Shown: one piece after another, positions 38,265-50,703 of the stretch
Numbering within the stretch: position 1 is the first letter of the stretch
Layout of the letters: the number at the start of each line of letters is the position of its first letter
Origin: Hydrolagus colliei
Taxonomy: Eukaryota
Direction: 5' to 3'
Assembly (NCBI GenBank): GCA_035084275.1
Contig: CM068749.1
Span: 13,702,001-13,766,000 of the forward strand
Length of the DNA stretch: 64,000 nt
Notes under the pieces: model-generated
Databases searched by the model: none
What the model was told of the DNA's origin: nothing
What the model saw: only the letters and a program-made list of their open reading frames with translations
Position numbers and translations under genes: made by a program

Positions 38265-41200
38265 TTAATTTTAGAGCTCCTTCCCTAGCAACTACAAATA
38301 TATGAAACTCATTAGGGAAAAAATACATTTGTGTAAAAAAAATTATATGGAGCTAAAATGGAATGGACACATATATATATACAGTATATGTATTGTGTTG
38401 ACATTTGGTTAGACGATTGATGGATTTCTTTGCTGATCCTACTTTTCCCTGTTGCTTTTCAATTTTCCTTAAATACTCAACAACAAATTACATGTATATT
38501 TGTATAGCTCCTTTCACGTTGGGCAGATTTCTCAAGGCTCTGAACAGACACGATACTCACAAACATGAATGATATTTGCAAAGGGGGCTTCTCAGAAAAA
38601 AGGGTGAGTATAAAATTGAATGTGAATTCAGTTGAAATCGACCGAAACACAGAGACTTGGAGTCAAACTGAAATTTACATTACTGAACCAAAGGTAAATC
38701 GATTGATGGGCTACAAGTATCCATACAACAATGAATAAAAATATTATTGTGCATACAAAACCTACTGCAGGATGCATCCAAGTATAAGTTATTTATTCCT
38801 TTGAATATTTTGTTTCCATTACTCATTATGGGGCAAAACACAGTTTCTATCAAACTGAAATTTGAAGCTTGACACTCTGTAATGGATTGGAAATATCTTA
38901 AATAACAGCATTACTTCTTTAACAGCAGAAATGTGTAAGAATGTGACAGAGATGAATGCAGTGTATTGTTATACATAAACATACAAAGCAATCCCCAGAG
39001 GAATACTCCAGTTATTCAATCAAAGATCACAATAATTTCATGTTATTGTTAACATTTTCATGCACACCAAGGTTTACTTTGTGATTTATATAAAAAGATG
39101 AGAAAAGTTTACTGTATCTTTGTACAGGGAAAAAATAATGAAGTGTGGATCACAGTGCATTAGTCCTAATTAGGTTGTAAACTTTAACCCTGAAGCAAAA
39201 AGAGTTTAATATACAGTTATTAGAACCCTGATATATTCTTATACCTTTCATTCCTCACATTCCGCAGTTTTACTTTCCAATTAATACGAAAAGAACAAAT
39301 TTAGAATAATCTAAAGGTTAAAGCCTGAATTCATTCAAACATTCACCTCTATGGCTGTGGCTTTCAGTAAAGGAACAAGAATTTAAACCTTTTTTAAGCA
39401 ATAAAAAAGTTGAAGGATAGCATTCTGCAGTCTTCATCAGTTCATGTTGTACAATAAGCAGTAAGAATGGGCTTCATTTGACACATCATTATAACAAGAG
39501 CTGGTCTATTAGTATATAATCAGTGCTGCCACCAGAAATGGCCTAACATTACATACTCAGTATAGCAATAAAGAATAGCCTAGTTGATTAGCCTTAGATA
39601 CTTCATTATACTGAAATGGCACACGGCCAACTTTGACTTAGAATCTAATTTCGCAGATTCAGTAACTGAGGCTGACCTAAACAACACTGAAGAAGGTTAA
39701 TGCTTCAATTACTCCTGAAGATAGAAGCAAATGGCAGTGGTAAGTCTTTAACTAAATGTTATAGCTCTAGTGTCTATTATTATGTCGGTTTTCAAGCAAA
39801 TGAAAATAGGATGCAATTTGTATAGGGTAGACACCCAGAGGTCAGCTCACTGCTTACATCTTCATGTCACCCAGGATCATGTATAATAACATGTATAATA
39901 ACAGCATAATGTAGTATCATAAAGTGTATAGTGACAACAATCTTAAGCAGAGGTATTGGGGTAACTTTTTGTTTCTATTTATACTCTTTGGGATATATTT
40001 TGATGCCTATGATTGATTACAAAATACACCATTTAGGATATATTTTGATCACTACATTTTACAGTAACTCCCACGAATACGCTTTGCAATGCCCTCCCAA
40101 GGAGTAATGGACTGTATGAAATGCAAGCATTATTATTTGTTATGACAATTTTATTTGACACACTGTTAGTGGTAGATTAGAGGCATTTGGGAATCGGGAC
40201 TAACAACTCAACTCTTGGCAGAGCAACTTCATTTGTCAGTTATCAGCCCAGATGCATACCATGTCAAGCATCCTTTGTAAAATCTTGGCTACCTCTTGCG
40301 AATCCAGTTTCTCCTTTCTATTTTCTGCAAGTGAACTCACTTTTCAGGAGCATACGAATCAAGGTCACTTATATGTCTTAGGAACAGGGTTGGGGGGTGA
40401 TGTAGTTTCAATTAACTCTTGACTATTGTGTCAGAGCTTCATTTAGCGTTTCATGCAATCACATTTTACATTAAACAATATAGTGACAGGATGAATGTCA
40501 ATTTCCTAGGGATGAGCTACTTGGAACTATTCCTTCTGTTTTTGTTGGCTTCACTGGAAGCGTGCATGCTTCAGTCCACATTAGTTTGGCTAATACAGAG
40601 TAATATTTTAGCTCTCATTTTCCTGCATTAACGGTGCATGAAGATGAACATTTGGCTTCAGTTATATAGTCTTGACTGTAACCAAGAAATCAGATTCTAG
40701 TAAAGACTACTGGATGTAGAATACTTTTGAACAAAGTAAGTCACAGAGGCTTTACCAAAATATACTGTAAAAGTGATTCACTCCTGACACCGTTCAAAGT
40801 GATATTGTAAAATTAAGGTAAACTTGATTTATCTGCTGCTACTCTAAGTAAATGCACACTGCTGTATTAGCAGCGAGTACCTTATCTGCTGTAGTGTTTG
40901 CCCACAGGGGTTTCTGGCTTGAAGTAAATTGCTAATGACACAGCGGCTTTAACCTGTCACTTGCCGTGCGTGCAGAGATTTCACCACTCACCAGAGGCTG
41001 AGCCACTAGATGGGGTGAGTGCCCAACAATGCAGCATAAACCACATGCTTCCTTCTTCTGTCCCAGAAAACCACATGTCCCGCCTGCCTATCTGCCAATG
41101 CATACAGCAAACCTATCATTAAAAATCATGGATGAGTAAGTGGTCTGCTTCCCCAGCTGGCTGACGAGGCCAACTTCTGGGCAGCTATGACAGGAGGGAG

Positions 41201-41544
41201 GGGATAGTGAGAAATAAGTAAACAGTATTGACAACATATATTAACACATCATGTCAAGGTAGAATGTGGACGGGGTAAAAGCTGACAATTCATTTTCCTT
41301 TATGTGGTGTTGCGGCTTGGGTATGTACAGCACACAAATTGGTATCAACTGCAAATACAGTCTTCTGAAATACTGGATCAATTCTATTCTACAGCTATCA
41401 TAGCAGTGAAGCTGATATCTCCATTTAAAATCATTATAGGTTCAGTAGGTGTGGAAGTGGCATGGATCTCACCCACACTCTACAAGACTGTCTCTTGTAT
41501 CAATGATGTGCAATTCCCTGTATCATATGTACACCAATGTCAGC

Positions 41545-41690
41545 ATTTGCACTCAGGGTCATTAGAATATGGAATGCCTTACCACAAATGGCTGTTGAAT
41601 CTGAGCCCAGGGCAGCCTTTAAAAGGGAATTGGATAAATACTTCAGGGAAAACCAGGGGTATGGAATTAGGACAGATAGTTCCAGTGAAG
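41545..41690 (+). mobile_element. CR1 LINE ORF2 C-terminal fragment
   Basis: ORF 41537..41737 contains RVIRIWNALPQMAVES..AFKRELDKYF..QGYG, the characteristic end of CR1 ORF2. Confidence 0.8.
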
Positions 41691-42264
41691 GAATTAGCAC
41701 TGACGTAAGACCAAAGTCTCTTTTATTCATTGAGTAATTCAAGTCTACATGTGCTCTATAAATAAGGTATTCAAAATACAACAGTGTCTGTACACTTCTG
41801 TACTGATGAATGATCGATATAGCAAATACCAAATCAAGTTGATCAGTCTTTCTGGACCACAGCAAAGATGAACACAGCAAAAGACAGGTGCGTAACCTTC
41901 ACTGACATCTGTGAAACTACACTATTTCAAAAAGATCAAATATTGAAATATTACCAAACAGAAAGCCATGCTAACAAATTAAGACTTAAACCTACGTTGT
42001 ACGTTCTGAAATGCACTGAATTTCATTATAACACACCTCTTAAACCTCACCTCAATCCTCCATAGGAAATCTGTACCACAGATTTCTCATCATTCTCCCA
42101 TTGGTGTGAACTCTAAGCACTCTGTGACCTGCCCCGGTGTGGAGGGTGCTATATAAATGCAAGTTATTGTTGTTGTTGACTCAAACATTATCTCTCAAAT
42201 ATGCTCTTAGATGCCTTCAAAAGACAAAGCTGTACACAAACCCTGCTGTAACTGACGGTTTCCT

Positions 42265-44433
42265 CGAGTATAAATGCGCTGCCTTGCTGCCTCAACTTGG
42301 ATTTGTGACTGAATTAATTTATCTGTGCATAAAATTTCATATTGGATCTCTACAATCACAAAATCAAGGGTTTACATGCAATAATTTGTTCGCCCCCTCC
42401 TCCTGATTTCTTTTTACACATTTATGTTTCCAGTTTCAATCTCAGTTACTATTACCTTATTTAGCTTCCCTCTCCCATTCTCCATCTCAAAAGGTGATCA
42501 GCTAACTTGCTCCCAGATTGCCCTTGCCCTCAGGTCTCCAACTACAAGTTAAAGCAAGAGTGGGTCAGCTCTTTGTGACCTGGGTGACACGATGAGTACA
42601 TGAGGAGTTATACTAAGCACAGAAATAGCTTCTTGTGACCACAAGCAGGAAAAGATCATGCATGTTACATATAATTCAAAGTCTTCGCTAGCAACACACA
42701 ATAAAATAGAGATTTAATGGGAATTGAATAATTCTGATAAAACTGTTGAGAAATAATACCATGAGATCTCTCATTTTAAATAGTTGGAATTTATTATTCA
42801 GCTTGCTGCTGCATCTAACCCAATGCTAGCAGTTCAGTGCTGCTTACCTTCCCACCTGACAGCTTATCTGACATTGCAAAAGCTGCCTGATCACATCTCG
42901 AGCCCTGTGAAAGGAAATTCCAGCCTCTTACAATTTTATTCTATATTAGGAAACTACCATCATATAGCTATTAAAGCACCACAATTTAGTCAGCAATCAT
43001 CTCATTTTATTCTTCAAAGAAGCAATCTTAACCTGCAAAAATCAGTTTTACATCATTAATGATATTTACCTAGATATTCAAATTTAATTCTTAAGGTCAT
43101 GATTGATGCCACTGACTAACAACACAAAGCTTTCCCATCACTCCATTGCCTATATATGAATTTATTATCTGACCACAATCACCTCCTTTTGTCTATTTCT
43201 CTTTTCATGAACATTATGCAGTATATGTTTTTCCCCATTATGGAAGTTGTGTAATGATAGTTTTTGTCAGATGAAAAACTGTTTTCCAAAAAGGGGTGAG
43301 GGAGGGAAGGTGAAATCACACATGAACTCATGATTATCACCAGTGGCAATTAGCCATCAAATATCTTATTATTCCCCCACCTCCTCCGAAGTAGCAACTG
43401 AACTAACATCCTGTTCAAGTCGCTCTCAATCTCACTTCTTAAGCAATGATGCTACTTTCTTCAGTCTCTCATTTTCTTGCTTTCACAATAAAATAACATT
43501 TACTTTTAGACATTAATCAGAATAATTAAAAAGTACAACCATATTTTGTTTTACTACTACAGCAACAACTTGCATGCACTGTATATAGAGGCCCTCACAC
43601 AGGGTAGAGTCTCAGAGCGCTTTCCGCGAAGTACATTGAGCCTCAAACCGCTTCTGTTGCTGATTGGACTAATCTGCCATGATCAGGACAACCTGTAAGT
43701 CATAATGAGATTCAGCAACTCATCTGCTGCTAGTGACATGGTCCTATTTTCTGCACTGGTGAATTATGACTGGTGCCCTATTCCGAAACCTCATATTTGA
43801 CTTTTTTGTTCCCAAAACGTTACTCACCTCTTGCAGTTAAACTGATGGCAAATAAAACAAATCTGATTTATTCCATTACTATAAAGAGGTTTCAGAAACC
43901 GGATACCTGATGAGCAGTGTAAAATCTGATCACAATGTTACTCTAGCTTTGGCAATGTTTCAATCCTTCTTTTCCTCTGAACATGATCGTATTTTACCCA
44001 ACAACAAATAACTAGGGAAGTGAAAAATTAAACCAGATAAATCCAACTATAGAGTGGATGTATTAACTGTGTTCCTTGTGTAATAACATCGTGACTACAA
44101 CAATCTCTCTCTCTTTCCCCAGTAATTCTTAGAAATCCACCCTATTATTTACAGTGTAACAGAAGAAATCACTCCTCTTTTAAGGTATTGTTGCTACATG
44201 AGTAGATCTATAAATGTAGGTTCTCTTGCACTTTAAATTCACTACTTTGCTGCCTCGATGGTAGGATTCATTACTGAATTAATAGAATGAACTCTGTAAA
44301 TACATTTACGCATTCTATCTCTACAGTCACAAAATGAAGGGTTTACATGCAATAATTTTCTCCCCACTTCTGCCATGAACTTTTAAAACACTTGTGTTTC
44401 CATCTTCAATTTTAGTTAGTCATCTTCTTTAGC
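42265..44433 (+). repeat. Diverged direct duplication: about 42265-42465 vs 44200-44433
   Basis: Cores 42346-42387 and 44317-44358 are 40/42 identical; the flanks align loosely. Confidence 0.85.
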
Positions 44434-44999
44434 AAATTGGACAGCGCATTCAAATTGTTGGTCTTTGCACAGACTCATAGTGGTAATTAGTCACATAGCT
44501 CTATGATTCATTCATCAGAGTAATGGCATCTATCGCCAAAATGGCTCATTGAATTTAATATTTCATACCTGCTGAGAGGAGTTTTAAGATAGTGGCCATC
44601 TGGAGAAGACTAAAGCAACATACATTTTACTCGACATAATGGGAGTATTAAACAACATCTGTGTTTGTGATCATTTCCATTACAAGTAAGGTTGTAGAAA
44701 ATAAACCTTAATTTATTTATTTTAATTTAAATTAAATTGCCACAGCTGTTCTATGAGTTAAAAAAAACTCATTAGGAAATGCAGGAAATGGTGGAGCATC
44801 CAGGTCATAGAATCATAGAAAGTTTACAGCACAGGAAGAGGCCATATGTTCGATGGTGATCACTAAGTAGCTTTATTTTAAGACTTTATTTTACTCAAGA
44901 AGGAGAACCTCATTGAATCAATCAGATCATTGTTAATCAGTTATAAGATCTTTGTTATTTCTGTCACTAAGTACTGTATAGCACTGTTGGTCCTAATCT

Positions 45000-45041
45000 C
45001 TTAATATCCTTGCTGCAATTATTTGCAGCAAGGATATTAAG
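45000..45041. repeat. Perfect 19-bp inverted repeat with 4-nt loop
   Basis: CTTAATATCCTTGCTGCAA-TTAT-TTGCAGCAAGGATATTAAG. Confidence 0.95.
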
Positions 45042-46407
45042 TAGGCAGTAGGGGGTAAAGATTTGAGCCTCTACCCTTCATGAAGGGCGCTATATAAACG
45101 CAAGTTGTTGCTGTTGGTTTGTTGCTGTGAAGAACTAATACTGGTTACTTTCTATGAAGCCAGAATACCTGGGAGTGTTGAATTAAATGACCATGGGAAG
45201 TGGCTAGTAACCCCATCTTCACTGGCTTTTGAAGAGCTACTTAACTTTCTTGCATTGAATCTTAATTAGTTTCTAAGATGACTATGCTCCAATGAGGCAA
45301 AATTCTAGCTCCAGTAAATAAATGAAGCATTCGCTATATGGAAACACTGTACTGAGGTTAAGATTTATTCACTCATCATAATCCCTGCTCCTGACTGGCA
45401 AAATGATGCGTATACTGTGAAGAAACCGTAGATTTCAGGCCTTGCAGTTGTGCATATTAAGAGCTTCAGTTATTTCAGTCATACCCTGTAAAGCCGAGTT
45501 TGCTATTCGCATGGAATGTGGAATAGATGTGGAAATGGAATGGGATTTATTTTGCATGGTTGTCAGAGCTTTCAATCTTGGGAATTATCTGTGCTGAGAT
45601 TGTAAATCTCTTATTTGTGGGGCAGTCAGCTTCATGAATGAAATTTCAAGCAATCATCATAAAACCCGATGCTATTTCCACACACATTCCACACTCAGCT
45701 GCTCAACGTTTATCAACACGGAAAATAAAAGTGATTTAATCTGATTCTGGTTCAACTGAAGGTATCTCCCACCCTTCGCAAGCCGATTCACCATCTGATT
45801 TCATTTCCGATCGAGCTTACTGTCTGCTATATTTTCAGATGACATAACATTCAGTAACCAGGCTACTGTTTCTTGCATGCGAAAGCTGACAAAGAAATAT
45901 CATTGAATGATATGAGGCAGGATTTTTTTGGGAAAAAATTCATTGAATCAAATTTGTAAAGTGACGTTGGTCTTTCACATGGATTTCTTCGGCAGCCTGC
46001 ATTGTCGCCTGTCAACTCATCACCTTGGATGTACGTACGTTCACTTTCGATTGGGGTGTTGCTTCAATCCTAATACAGACTTGTTTGCCACCACCTTCTC
46101 CTAACTCCCCAATCTTAAATTTATGATATTAGATATTCAATCTTCACAATTTTTACCAATTGCAGGAGATCTGAAAACCAGTTTTCTGCAATTCAAAAGT
46201 GCTCAGATGCTGTACTGCGTTTAACTACTAAAATACTATGGTAGTTGCAATGATTTGTGTACAAGGGTACACATTTCCTGTTTAATTAGAAGAGGAAAGA
46301 TTGAGCAACTGAATCGTTTGGCAGTTTACATATTTGGCAAATCTGCAACTCCATTTTTATTTTTGTTAAGCTAAGCATATCTTGAGGTGTTTGTGTTTAG
46401 TTTAATG

Positions 46408-46645
46408 CAATGGCTTCCAAACTTTGAATAGCGGTGCCCCCACTAAACTCAGCAAAGTGTTCGTTGCGCCCCCACCTCCTTCACACTTGGCTCCACCCAC
46501 TCCAGACCCCTGCCGGAGCTCCACTGGTGACCGCTGGGTCGGTATGGCCCGCGAGCAGGGATGGAGCCGACCGACCAAATTCCTCGGCTCCACACACACT
46601 CAGGGACTCGAGACACTAAAGCTCCGCGCCCCCACAGCCAATACA
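46408..46645 (+). mobile_element. GC/CpG-rich fragment, likely one end of a hAT-Charlie-like transposon
   Basis: Starts CAATGGCTTCCAAACTTT (close to a CAGTGGTTCCCAAACT-type TIR); repeated GCGCCCCCAC motifs; sharp GC rise; no second TIR seen. Confidence 0.5.
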
Positions 46646-49154
46646 AAATAATTAAATAAGTGAGACTAATAAGGAGGTTCTATTGATTAATGCTATTGAG
46701 AATCCTTATTGCCTAAGGTTGAATTTTAGATTAAAATAGCAGTTAATCTAGAATTAACAATAAATAGGTTCAATAGCTTCAAGAACGATAGGTTACATGC
46801 AATTTATTGCGTGAAAAAATATGCAAAATGTTGTGATAATGATCATTTGAACTGGTGATATAATTGTATCACAGATCTTATGTTTCACCCTTTAGTATCT
46901 GTATTTACTGCTGCACTTTTTCAGTTTATGTCTAACGTCGGATATAGCGACTACATTTTGAAGGATATTGGAGATTTAAAATTATAAACAATCTGCACAG
47001 TAGCTCCATTTTAGGATTTTACCCTTTTGCTGAATCATAGAAAATAATTTTTCTAATGGGTTTATCCTGGCATATTGATCAACGCAAATATTTCCCCAGA
47101 TATTAGTTCTACTTAGCTACATGAATATTTTGTTGGATGTGTGCTGTTTTTAAAAGTGATGCTGCCAGCGTAATCAAATAGCTTGGACAATGAGAAATAA
47201 CAGAATGCGGTTTGAGACTAAAATCTTTAATAGCAATCACTGAAGAAGACTTTTTAACTGTTTTGACCAAAAATCACATCAAATTTGATGTGCTGCAGCT
47301 GCTGGTGATCAGTTTCATGCTCCCCATGATGTTAATAACAGAGCACACAGATCCTGGCAATTCCTATTTTATTCTCTATATATTAATGTCCTATCTAAAC
47401 CATTAGGAATATTTCTCTTCAATTGTTAATTAACATGAATAGCATAATGCAATACAGCTAATGCTACTTGATACTCTTTAATGTACCTTCCATTACAGAT
47501 ATTATTCTAGCATTAGTGTGACTGTAAATTAACATGAGATAAAGACTAGCAGGGGCTCACTTTAATTAAGGAGTTGGCACAATGCAGTGTACGATAAATC
47601 ACGTGAGAAAATCTCCCTGAATTAGACATGTAGCACATCTATAAATGAGAATTCCTCCATAAAGAAATTATGATTGTTAAATAATGAATTTACACCATAT
47701 TAGTGGTTTGGTAAGCTAGCTAGCTGACACACAAGTAATTCTCCAAACCAAACTGTTCAGCCTTCCACATGTGTTTGGATTCTATTTGTTTGATATGGAT
47801 CATGCACTCTCTCACCTTGGGGTTACACCCTGCTTACCTCATCCTAGAGAGTAGGTCAAAGTTTATAAAAGCTAAGGCTTGGGATAACTCGGAGTTTGCA
47901 TTGAGTTTAACCAGCTATAACCGAGAAATGGAGCGTGAAGTGGGGGAAAGACGGAAAGAGAGAAGGACAGGTGGCATAGGAGCATTTGGAGAAGCTTTAC
48001 AGGTGAGATATAAAGATAAATAGAGAGTGGGTTGAGAATGGAAGGAATTTCAGAGGATAGTGACTGAAGATCTGATGGTTTGGCCACTGGTGGTGGTGCT
48101 GGGAAGGTGAGGCGAGCAGAAGACCCAGGAAAACCATCTGCCAATTAATTAACAACTGGGTTCCTTCTTACTGATAGGTAAGCAGAGGCATGTGGATAAG
48201 GTTTCGCTCTGTTCAGGCATCAAACCCAGGTTCTCTCGAATGCTCTAACCAATACGCTACAGGACTCTGATAAGGACAGGACTTGATAAGACTGAAGATG
48301 CATGGGGGCTACACAGGTTTATCCTGCTGTACGTTCACACGTTTACACATTTCAAAATCTCAGTGTAGCAGAATAAGGCAGCTTTATTTTTGCTGTGGAA
48401 CACATGAAAACAAATCAAGCAACATGCAGATTGAAGAGAAAGCCTTCATCTACCTGGTGCTGCATGGGGCCTGATTGATGTAGAGGAAATGTTTACTAAT
48501 TTGCTGTTAGATGCAATCTTCAAATGAAACTTTACAATCACAATAATTACTGAAGGATTTGCAATATCAACAAGGAAAGATAAATACAGTGCCAGTGATA
48601 GCAGATTGTTATTCTGCAAACAGTTCACATTGAATATGGGCACAACACTTCCTAATTCAATGTCAAGAAGTGTCAGTGGGTGAGCCATCTTGATTTTAGT
48701 GCAATTCATTTTTGCACAACATCCTATTGCTGTGCGGTTCCTGATTTTTACTCTATCCCATGTGTTTAATTTACATAGGGCAATAGCCTCATCGACCAGA
48801 TCTGCTTCCTATCTTTTCAGTCTGCTGCCTTTGTTGTTTGTTTGAAGTTAATAATGTGAGAAAGAAAACAAAAAGATTTTTGTTTTATTTGAGATATTCA
48901 TTTATCAGAAAATACATCGAAAAAGTCTCACCTTGATTAAGGTTTTTTAAAAAATGATTTTAAACACTTATTTTCAAATTAAAGTATTGAAAAATTATGG
49001 GAAAACATGTAACAGATGATATTACTGGTGATAATAACAGGTGTCGCATTTTAATTTTTGTATATACACACACTGTGTATTGTCAGTAATCGTGACATGA
49101 TTGACTTCTAACCTAATGCATGGTATCGACCTTGAAATAATGAAAAGATCTTAC

Positions 49155-49798
49155 CTTCCTTGTATTTCGATGTTGGATATAGCGTAGAAGTACTTTGACA
49201 GATTATGTTCATCCACAATTGTTGCACCAGTTGCAGGCCGAAGCAGTCGGATCCTTAGGTCTGTGACCGTGAAAAAGTCCCTTAGATTTTTGGTCGTGTC
49301 CAACTGTCCGTAAAGTGAAGCCATATTATGGAGATAGGGTCCCCCGAAAAGTGCAAATCTGTCTTTGATTTCAAAGCGGACCATTTTGTCCATTTTCCAC
49401 ACGTAGCCTCTAGAGTACTCCTCTGTGCAAATTATGTCCAGGACTGACTTCTGAGACAAATCGTACACCGTTTTGGGCTCCATTCGGAAAGCGTTTAAAC
49501 AGTCGGCCGCGTAGAACTGATATGGCTGCCATGTTCGACCGTAATCCAGGGATTTTTCAAGAATCATTTGCTCTGGACGTTCAGATTCGAAAGTAATGAC
49601 GATGTCTTGAGTCAGCTCGATGGTTTTGTTCCAGGATAACGTGATGTTGACCAACAGAGGCCTTGGGTAGTTTTTCCAGGAAACACTTTGCCAAAACGTA
49701 TTTGGAATTCGTCCTTCATGATCAAGCATCAACTCTGGAGGGTGAGCAAGCTCAGGTGTGCTAGCATCACATTCGTTATTGCACATGTATGGGTTTTC
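49155..49798 (-). CDS. NTNG1: NTNG1 laminin N-terminal domain exon (644 nt, phase 0 to 2), [10 protein letters not shown]...ISNIEIQGR
   Basis: Lies within ORF 49151..49915. Acceptor tttcag|GAAAAC, donor AAG|gtaaga. LN motifs [49 protein letters not shown]. Confidence 0.96.
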
Positions 49799-49935
49799 CT
49801 GAAATTGGATGTAGAGAAGCAAATTAGGAACTAATTTATCTCGGTCCACAACATTTATCTCAACCAAAGTTTGAAGTTCAGGCAAAACAAACAAGTCTTG
49901 TACTGTGGAGTTCATTGTTCAAGAATAGTTAGCTT

Positions 49936-50075
49936 ACTGCCTGATACCCAAACTGTTTCTCAATGAGTTCAATATCCTAGCCTCAACCGCTCTTCCTAGC
50001 AACAAGTTCCACCCATGCATTACATTTTGGGCAAAGAAATACCTCCTGGTTTCTGCCCCAGTCCTTCACAATCCT
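49936..50075 (-). mobile_element. Degenerate CR1 fragment
   Basis: CCTCAACCGCTCTTCCTAGCAACAAGTTCCACCCATGCATTACATTTTGGGCAAAGAAA resembles the antisense of the CR1 ORF2 C-terminal FF.QRV..WN.LP region. Confidence 0.5.
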
Positions 50076-50534
50076 GACCTTGGGTTCTTATGTCATGCTG
50101 CCTTCACAAGCCCATTCCCTGGCTGACATAGGACAACAATGTGAAACCAGCTTGGAAAACTCAGCATTTATAAACTTGTATTAATCACGTGGAGCCCTCA
50201 AATTGTGAAGGAGATGGGAGTTTTTCTGTAATATGTCATTTGGCACTACAAAAGATATTGCTCAATAACTCACAGGCAAAAAGATCATTATTTTTCAGGG
50301 AGTTTCTGTTACCAGAATTCCTTTTAGTTTATAGCTATATCCACAGACTACAGTGTGTAAGAGTTAGCACTTTGGCATTTTTATTCAATGCACTTAACAC
50401 ATTACACTGCATTTCAATAGACCCTAGAACAGTATTTGGAGCATGGTACTTATAATTACATGCTACATAACCTTATCCTACAATGCTAACTGAAAGATAT
50501 ATTATCTTCACGGAGGATTGTCAAATTGCATATT

Positions 50535-50703
50535 AACAACAACACCTTTCATTTATATAACGCCCTCCACGCCGGACAGCGTCTCAGAGCACTTTACAAT
50601 AGCGGATATTAATGGATTGAGACATTCAATTCTACACTGTAGCACTGCAAAGCACTGTCTGGTGTAAAGGGTGCAATATAACTGCAAGTTGTTGTTGTTG
50701 TTG
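50535..50703. mobile_element. Two L2-type tails in inverted orientation
   Basis: Left arm (AAC)n..ATTTATATAACGCCCTCCACGCCGGACAGCG..AGCACTTTACAAT; right arm ACTGTAGCACT..CACTGTCTGGTGTAAAGGGTGCAATATAACTGCAAG(TTG)n. Confidence 0.75.

Larger units (their letters stand above)
2812..49798 (-). other. NTNG1: Netrin-G1 gene, internal part (6 coding exons; the gene extends beyond both window edges)
   Basis: Exons at 49155-49798, 37920-38092, 22643-22669, 14015-14080, 8712-8777 and 2812-2979 all have AG/GT boundaries and join in one frame: LN domain - LE1 - CLPNTISSR - two 22-aa inserts - LE2. [32 protein letters not shown] and [12 protein letters not shown] match NTNG1 rather than NTNG2 as recalled. 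Confidence 0.93.

Noticed and set aside
49799-49915. N-terminal extension of the 254-aa ORF ([10 protein letters not shown]...)
   Set aside because: Upstream of the acceptor at 49798 and not homologous to netrin-G; intronic open frame.
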